A stretch of 64,000 nt of DNA from an uncultured delta proteobacterium (lineage in GTDB: Bacteria; Desulfobacterota; Syntrophia; Syntrophales; UBA2192): NCBI GenBank assembly GCA_963705165.1, contig CAVPJD010000009.1, positions 32,001 to 96,000 of the forward strand, read 5' to 3'. Below, one piece after another: positions 59,435 through 64,000 of the stretch. The position numbers and the translations under genes are program-made. Positions within the stretch are counted from its first letter, which is position 1. Each line of letters begins with the position of its first letter. The notes below the pieces were generated by a model, which made no database searches, was not told where the DNA came from, and saw nothing but the letters and a program-made list of their open reading frames with translations.

Positions 59435-61171
59435 TCAGGATGCCATGAATTCCGCAATCGGCCCGAGGGCCAGGGCCGGAAGGAACGTCAGCGCGCCCAC
59501 CAGAAGAACCACGCCTGCAAGCAGAATAACGAATAGGGGTGTATGGGTTGGAAGTGTTCCGGGACCGGATGGAATGATCTTTTTACCCGCCAGGGATCCC
59601 GCCATGGCCAGAACCGGGATCATCACCCAGAACCGGCCAATCAGCATGGCGATCCCCAGGGAGAGATTGTAGAAGACGCTGTCGGCGTTGAGGCCGGCAA
59701 AGGCGCTCCCGTTGTTGTTTGCCGCCGACGAAAAGGCGTAGAGAACCTCCGTAAAGCCGTGGGGTCCCGGATTGAAAATGCCGGAAAGCCCCGCCTCTGC
59801 CGCCAGGGCAATCGCCGTACCGACAAGGACCACCGAGGCGGGGATGAGGATGACGAGGGAGGCCATTTTCATTTCGAAGGCCTCGATCTTCTTGCCCAGA
59901 TACTCCGGTGTCCGGCCCACCATGAGGCCGGCCACGAAGACGGCGATGACGGCAAACACGAGCATGCCGTAGAGCCCGGAACCAACGCCGCCGAAGACAA
60001 CCTCGCCGAGTTGCATGAGCCAGAGTGGGAATAGGCCTCCGAGGGGCGTGAAAGAATCGTGCATGGCATTGACCGAGCCGTTCGAGGCGGCTGTGGTGGC
60101 TACCGCCCAGAGTACCGAGTTGACGATGCCGAAACGCGCCTCCTTCCCTTCCATGTTCCCGCCGGGTTGCAGGCTGCTCACCGCCTGGTCGACCCCGAGG
60201 GCGGACAGGGCAGGGTTTCCCGCCTGCTCGCTCCACAGGCACAGCATCATGAGCGGTATGAGGATGACCAGCATTGCCGCGAGAATTGCCCGGCCCTGCC
60301 GCGTATCGCCCACCATTTTACCGAAGGTATAGCAGAGCGCCGCGGGAAGCAGGAGGATGGCGAGAAGCTCCAGAAAGTTTGAAATCTGGGTTGGATTCTC
60401 CAGGGGATGGGCGGCGTTGGCGTTGAAAAACCCCCCGCCGTTTGTCCCGATCTGCTTGATGGCGATTTGTGAGGCCGCCGGACCCATGGGGATGACCTGC
60501 CCGGTAACCTCGTTGCCCTCACTGTCCAGTGTGCTCTGAAGAAGCGGAACCCGAATGGCGGCGCCGAGCGACTGAACGACCCCCTGGGAAACGAGTGCCA
60601 GAGAGAGCACGATGGCCAGGGGAAGCAGGATGTAGAGAACGGAGCGGACCATGTCCACCCAGAAATTTCCGATGGTCTGCGAAAGGCTGCGCTTAAGCCC
60701 CCGGATGAAGGCTGCAAGGGCTGCCATCCCACTGGCCGCGGAGACGAAATTCTGGACGGTGAGCCCGATCATCTGCGTCAGGTAGCTCATGGCCGTCTCC
60801 CCGGCATAGGCCTGCCAGTTCGTATTGGTAACAAAACTCACGGCCGTGTTAAAGGCAAGGTCGGGTGCGATGGCACTGATCTGCTGGGGATTAACCGGAA
60901 GGAATGCCTGGCTGCGCTGGATCAGATAGAGCAGGAGAGCACCCGCGGCGTTGAACAGCAGCAGCGCCGTTGCGTATTCCTTCCATGTCATCTCCCCGTC
61001 GGGGCGGATCCCGCAGATTCTATAAATCCATCTTTCGAGGGGTGAGATAAGACGGTGCAGGGGCAAAGACTCTCCGCTGTAGACGCGAGCCATGTAGAAG
61101 CCCAGCGGCTTGACGAGAACCAGAAGGGCGACAAGATAGAGGAAAATCTGAATCATGCCCGGGGCGTTCAT
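59435..61171 (-). CDS. kdpA: K+-transporting ATPase subunit A
   Basis: SFVTNTNWQ, GTNGGG, SNGS, NNGSAF selectivity motifs. Confidence 0.97.
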   Translation of the reverse strand: MNAPGMIQIFLYLVALLVLVKPLGFYMARVYSGESLPLHRLISPLERWIYRICGIRPDGEMTWKEYATALLLFNAAGALLLYLIQRSQAFLPVNPQQISAIAPDLAFNTAVSFVTNTNWQAYAGETAMSYLTQMIGLTVQNFVSAASGMAALAAFIRGLKRSLSQTIGNFWVDMVRSVLYILLPLAIVLSLALVSQGVVQSLGAAIRVPLLQSTLDSEGNEVTGQVIPMGPAASQIAIKQIGTNGGGFFNANAAHPLENPTQISNFLELLAILLLPAALCYTFGKMVGDTRQGRAILAAMLVILIPLMMLCLWSEQAGNPALSALGVDQAVSSLQPGGNMEGKEARFGIVNSVLWAVATTAASNGSVNAMHDSFTPLGGLFPLWLMQLGEVVFGGVGSGLYGMLVFAVIAVFVAGLMVGRTPEYLGKKIEAFEMKMASLVILIPASVVLVGTAIALAAEAGLSGIFNPGPHGFTEVLYAFSSAANNNGSAFAGLNADSVFYNLSLGIAMLIGRFWVMIPVLAMAGSLAGKKIIPSGPGTLPTHTPLFVILLAGVVLLVGALTFLPALALGPIAEFMAS

Positions 61172-61260
61172 GAAAACACCTCCGGCTTCAGAAGCGCGAT
61201 AAAGAGGTAGATGAGAAGGGCCAGTGCGATGATGCCGCCAATCAAGTAGAGAAAGGACAT
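61168..61260 (-). CDS. kdpF: KdpF small subunit MSFLYLIGGIIALALLIYLFIALLKPEVFS
   Basis: 30 aa, YL..AL..PE.F motif, ATGA overlap with kdpA. Confidence 0.9.
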   Translation of the reverse strand: MSFLYLIGGIIALALLIYLFIALLKPEVFS

Positions 61261-61261
61261 T

Positions 61262-61354
61262 TCACTCACCCGCCCGAAGTCTTTCAATCCAGCTGACAGA
61301 GAGCCCGCACAGAATGAAAAACACGACAATGATGCTTGCGTAGAGGATATCCAT
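61262..61354 (-). CDS. 30-aa hydrophobic peptide MDILYASIIVVFFILCGLSVSWIERLRAGE upstream of kdpF
   Basis: Manual translation; single TM; stop 1 nt before the kdpF ATG. Confidence 0.75.
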   Translation of the reverse strand: MDILYASIIVVFFILCGLSVSWIERLRAGE

Positions 61355-61386
61355 AAACTCTTCACTCTCCCGTTCGAGAAATCGCG

Positions 61387-61941
61387 TCAGGCATCCCCCA
61401 CTCGCCGCTGAAGGATCTTATACTTCTCCAGGAGCTTGTTGCGCGTGGCCTCGAGCGCGCAGGTTTCCTGATCGACTTCGGCGGTTCTTTTCTGAATCGC
61501 CGGTAATTCAGCATCCCTCAAGTGATCCTTGGTTTGCCTGCTTTCCCGGGTCAGGACCTTCTTCCATTCCAGCGGATCGTCACTTCGAAATCTGCCCTTC
61601 GTCACTTTATACTTCACGAGAAGATCCTCCAGCGCAAGAGAGCTGGAAAAATCGTCGAGTTCCGATTCACTGACCGTCACGTAGAGGGCTTTCCCCTCAA
61701 TCAACACGGGAAAGCGGTAAATCCCGGGATTCTCTGCAAGGGCCAGCAAACGAGCCTGATGGTCCCTGAGCATCCCTGAAAGCTTTTTATTATCGAGGGT
61801 CACTTTGTCCAGGTGATCAATCTCACTGCGGATCTCATTCATTTCCTTTCTCATCTCTTCGCGCGTCTGTGACCGGATCGAGATCGGCATTGCGAGAAAC
61901 AGGATGACCACCGCAAATGACAGGACTCTGTATCGATTCAT
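61387..61941 (-). CDS. Secreted coiled-coil hypothetical protein
   Basis: AAGGGG SD, signal peptide, helical; ends 32 nt before the kdp peptides. Confidence 0.65.
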   Translation of the reverse strand: MNRYRVLSFAVVILFLAMPISIRSQTREEMRKEMNEIRSEIDHLDKVTLDNKKLSGMLRDHQARLLALAENPGIYRFPVLIEGKALYVTVSESELDDFSSSLALEDLLVKYKVTKGRFRSDDPLEWKKVLTRESRQTKDHLRDAELPAIQKRTAEVDQETCALEATRNKLLEKYKILQRRVGDA

Positions 61942-62012
61942 GTTTGCCCCCTTGAAACTTGTTGCTTTCAAGGAAATCTTCTCCAACGCTTTTGTGGTCA
62001 GGTTAACAAGGC

Positions 62013-62064
62013 AGGAATAAAGATGTTGTTAAAATCAGGGGCTGAGGAATAAAAAGAATATCAA
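62013..62064 (-). promoter_or_regulatory. Putative KdpE-binding direct repeats
   Basis: Two TT(G/A)A-N7-TTTATTCCT units 32 bp apart on the minus strand. Confidence 0.5.
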
Positions 62065-62186
62065 TACAACATGTGCGGGGGGGAGTTGGGGACCAAGCTT
62101 TTTTATCATTTTCATGATGACAGGATCATCAGGAAATGAGATATGATTATCCGTGAAGCGCTTAAACCCCAGGAAAGGAGGAATAT

Positions 62187-62456
62187 ATGAACAAAGCGGA
62201 ACTGATCAGTGAAGTGGCAAAGGTCGTGTGTGTGAAGAAGGAGGCAGCCGCAGCCGTCGATGCCGTATTCGGAGCCATCCAGAAGGCACTGAAGAAGGGG
62301 GACAAGGTGGCCATCGCCGGATTCGGGACGTTTTCCGTTGCGAAACGGGCTGCACGGAAGGCCCGCAACCCCCAGACAGGCGACATCATCAAGGTGAAGG
62401 CGAAGAAAGTGCCGAAGTTCTCCGCCGGCAAAGGGTTTAAGGATGCCGTGAAGTAA
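62187..62456 (+). CDS. hup: HU DNA-binding protein
   Basis: MNKAELI, GFGTF, R.AR..RNPQTG, PKFSAGK. Confidence 0.96.
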   Translation: MNKAELISEVAKVVCVKKEAAAAVDAVFGAIQKALKKGDKVAIAGFGTFSVAKRAARKARNPQTGDIIKVKAKKVPKFSAGKGFKDAVK

Positions 62457-62480
62457 GCTGCAGATAATTTTTCAGTCAAC

Positions 62481-62520
62481 GAAAAAAGAAGGGATTCCGC
62501 GCGGAATCCCTTCTTTTTTC
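62481..62520. terminator. Intrinsic terminator
   Basis: GAAAAAAGAAGGGATTCCG...CGGAATCCCTTCTTTTTTC. Confidence 0.8.
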
Positions 62521-62863
62521 CGGCTCCCCGCCAGAGCGCGATCCGGGGGCACTCTTTACTTTCGGGCCGTTTGATTCTGCTCTCTCAGAAGAATCTTCCG
62601 CGGCGATTTACTCTTGGAACACCTTCGTTATCGGTTCAATGCTTACGGAAAATCGAAGCCCCTTCCTTCCTGGTCACGCCGGCGCCGAGAAACCCGATAC
62701 CCTTCAGGATCCCTTTTTCTCTCCTGACCGAGGCGGCTGCTTCCGTTTTGCCGCCGCTCGTTTTCCCGATGGTTTCTTCGCCGGGACCCAAGCTTGCGTG
62801 CGGGAAGGGGGCGGGGCCTCTTTTCCCAGGCGCTCATCCCAGAATGCCGGGGTCCGTCGCAGA

Positions 62864-63082
62864 TCACGGACGTCGTATTCCACACAGTGCGGCCAAATCT
62901 TTCACCCGGCCGCGGAACATGTCCTGCAGGCACTCGGGGATGTGCTGCTGCCTCGTGCGGTGCACGCGGATGCATTCCACGCAGTTTCCGTGACGGTGGC
63001 AGCGCGTCTGCGTGCAGGGACAGTCATCCACCATGCCCGGCATGAGTTTGCGCGCAGCAGTTTCCTTCTGTTTTCGTTTCAT
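62864..63082 (-). CDS. Small Cys/His-rich protein (DUF6485-like)
   Basis: GGAG SD; CPCTQTRCHRHGNCVECIRVH...P.CL. Confidence 0.7.
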   Translation of the reverse strand: MKRKQKETAARKLMPGMVDDCPCTQTRCHRHGNCVECIRVHRTRQQHIPECLQDMFRGRVKDLAALCGIRRP

Positions 63083-63247
63083 GGAGTTCTCCGCAATTCG
63101 GTTTCTTCCCCTGCCGGAGAAGCATAACCTTTTTACAACATTAAGAGATTCCTGCCGGAAGAACAATCTTTTTCATCCCTCGCTTTGACTTTCGACACGT
63201 CATTATATAGAATGCGCAAACCTGACGCAGATCGAGGATCGAATGCC

Positions 63248-64000
63248 ATGAACCGCTGGTTTGAGACCCTTCATCGCACTCTGGACAGGGAGAAAATTTC
63301 GGGGAACCCGGAAAAGTCTCGGCTGGTGCCTCTCCAGCATTATGCCGAGTCCCTGGGGGAGTTCCGGGAAACCTTACTGCGCTGGTTTCAGGCAAGCCTG
63401 CCGGGGAAGCGCCGGATTCGCGTCTTTGTGGACGGCTTCCCCAAGAAGTGCTCCGAAGGCCCGACGGCACAAATCGACAAGGAGTTCCGGGCCCTGCTGG
63501 GCGAGGCAGGCATCCCCTTTTGCTGGACGGACCTCTCCGCCGAACTTGCCATACCCCCCGGGGAACTTCATGCCTCCCACGCATGCCTGGAGCAGATCCG
63601 CAGCGTCGTGCGGAGGGGAGAAGAAGATGCAGCGGTTGTCCTGGGCTCCGGAAGCATCACCGATCTGGTGAAACACGCCCTGCATCTGGAGGGCAGGCCC
63701 ATTCCCTTTGTCTCGGTTCCCACGGCCCTCACCGTGACGGCCTTTACATCCGCTTTTGCCATCATCGACTTCCACGGCGCTAAACGCACCCTTCAGTCCA
63801 GACCTGTTTCCGCCGCCTTCTGGGTCAGACCTTTTTTGGAATGCGCCCCCCCAAGTATGTCCCGGGCAGGATACGGGGATCTTCTGGCCCGCTTCGTTGC
63901 TTACGGGGACTGGCTTCTCGGGCACCGCCTGGGGGTCATGGAGCGATATGACGAGTCGGCCTTTCGCCTCATGGAGCCTTTTGCCGGGGGTATCCGGGCG
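63248..64000 (+). CDS. sn-glycerol-1-phosphate dehydrogenase (AraM/EgsA-like), truncated at window end
   Basis: Manual translation, open to the edge: LGSGSITDLVK, VPTALTVTAFTS, GAKRT, AGYGDLLARFVAYGDW. Confidence 0.8.
   Translation, partial: MNRWFETLHRTLDREKISGNPEKSRLVPLQHYAESLGEFRETLLRWFQASLPGKRRIRVFVDGFPKKCSEGPTAQIDKEFRALLGEAGIPFCWTDLSAELAIPPGELHASHACLEQIRSVVRRGEEDAAVVLGSGSITDLVKHALHLEGRPIPFVSVPTALTVTAFTSAFAIIDFHGAKRTLQSRPVSAAFWVRPFLECAPPSMSRAGYGDLLARFVAYGDWLLGHRLGVMERYDESAFRLMEPFAGGIRA

Noticed and set aside
62571..62860. Possible structured RNA between hup and the Cys-rich gene
   Set aside because: No recognisable RNA family motif or clear promoter/terminator pair could be supported by eye.

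Overview
A GC-rich bacterial chromosome segment. Gene content (sigma54 promoters, a GEMM riboswitch, RRM and HU proteins, DUF5658, CoA-dependent anaerobic enzymes) suggests an anaerobic Deltaproteobacteria/Desulfobacterota genome, possibly Syntrophales-like; this is inference. It contains hslO, a YidD/TPR pair, two two-component loci, an orphan TRAP solute-binding protein, a type IV minor-pilin operon (fimT-pilV-pilW-pilX-pilY1) behind a c-di-GMP-I riboswitch, a TMTC-like glycosyltransferase, a yybP-ykoY riboswitch with a UPF0016 exporter, several catabolic enzymes, a lactate-type cluster (frameshifted larA, glcD/glcF-like genes, a carboxyltransferase), a kdpFABCDE operon with a split kdpD, HU, and a truncated glycerol-1-phosphate dehydrogenase-like gene. 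The most striking signal is at the left edge and is missing from the ORF track: two tandem 33-35 aa peptide genes sharing an exact WVDPMCGP core, followed by a strong stem-loop and a gene running off the window. This looks like a RiPP precursor array. Also notable are an in-phase A_AAA_AAG slippery site at the kdpD break and a divergent AbfD-like enzyme. No CRISPR array, rRNA, tRNA or transposase was seen.
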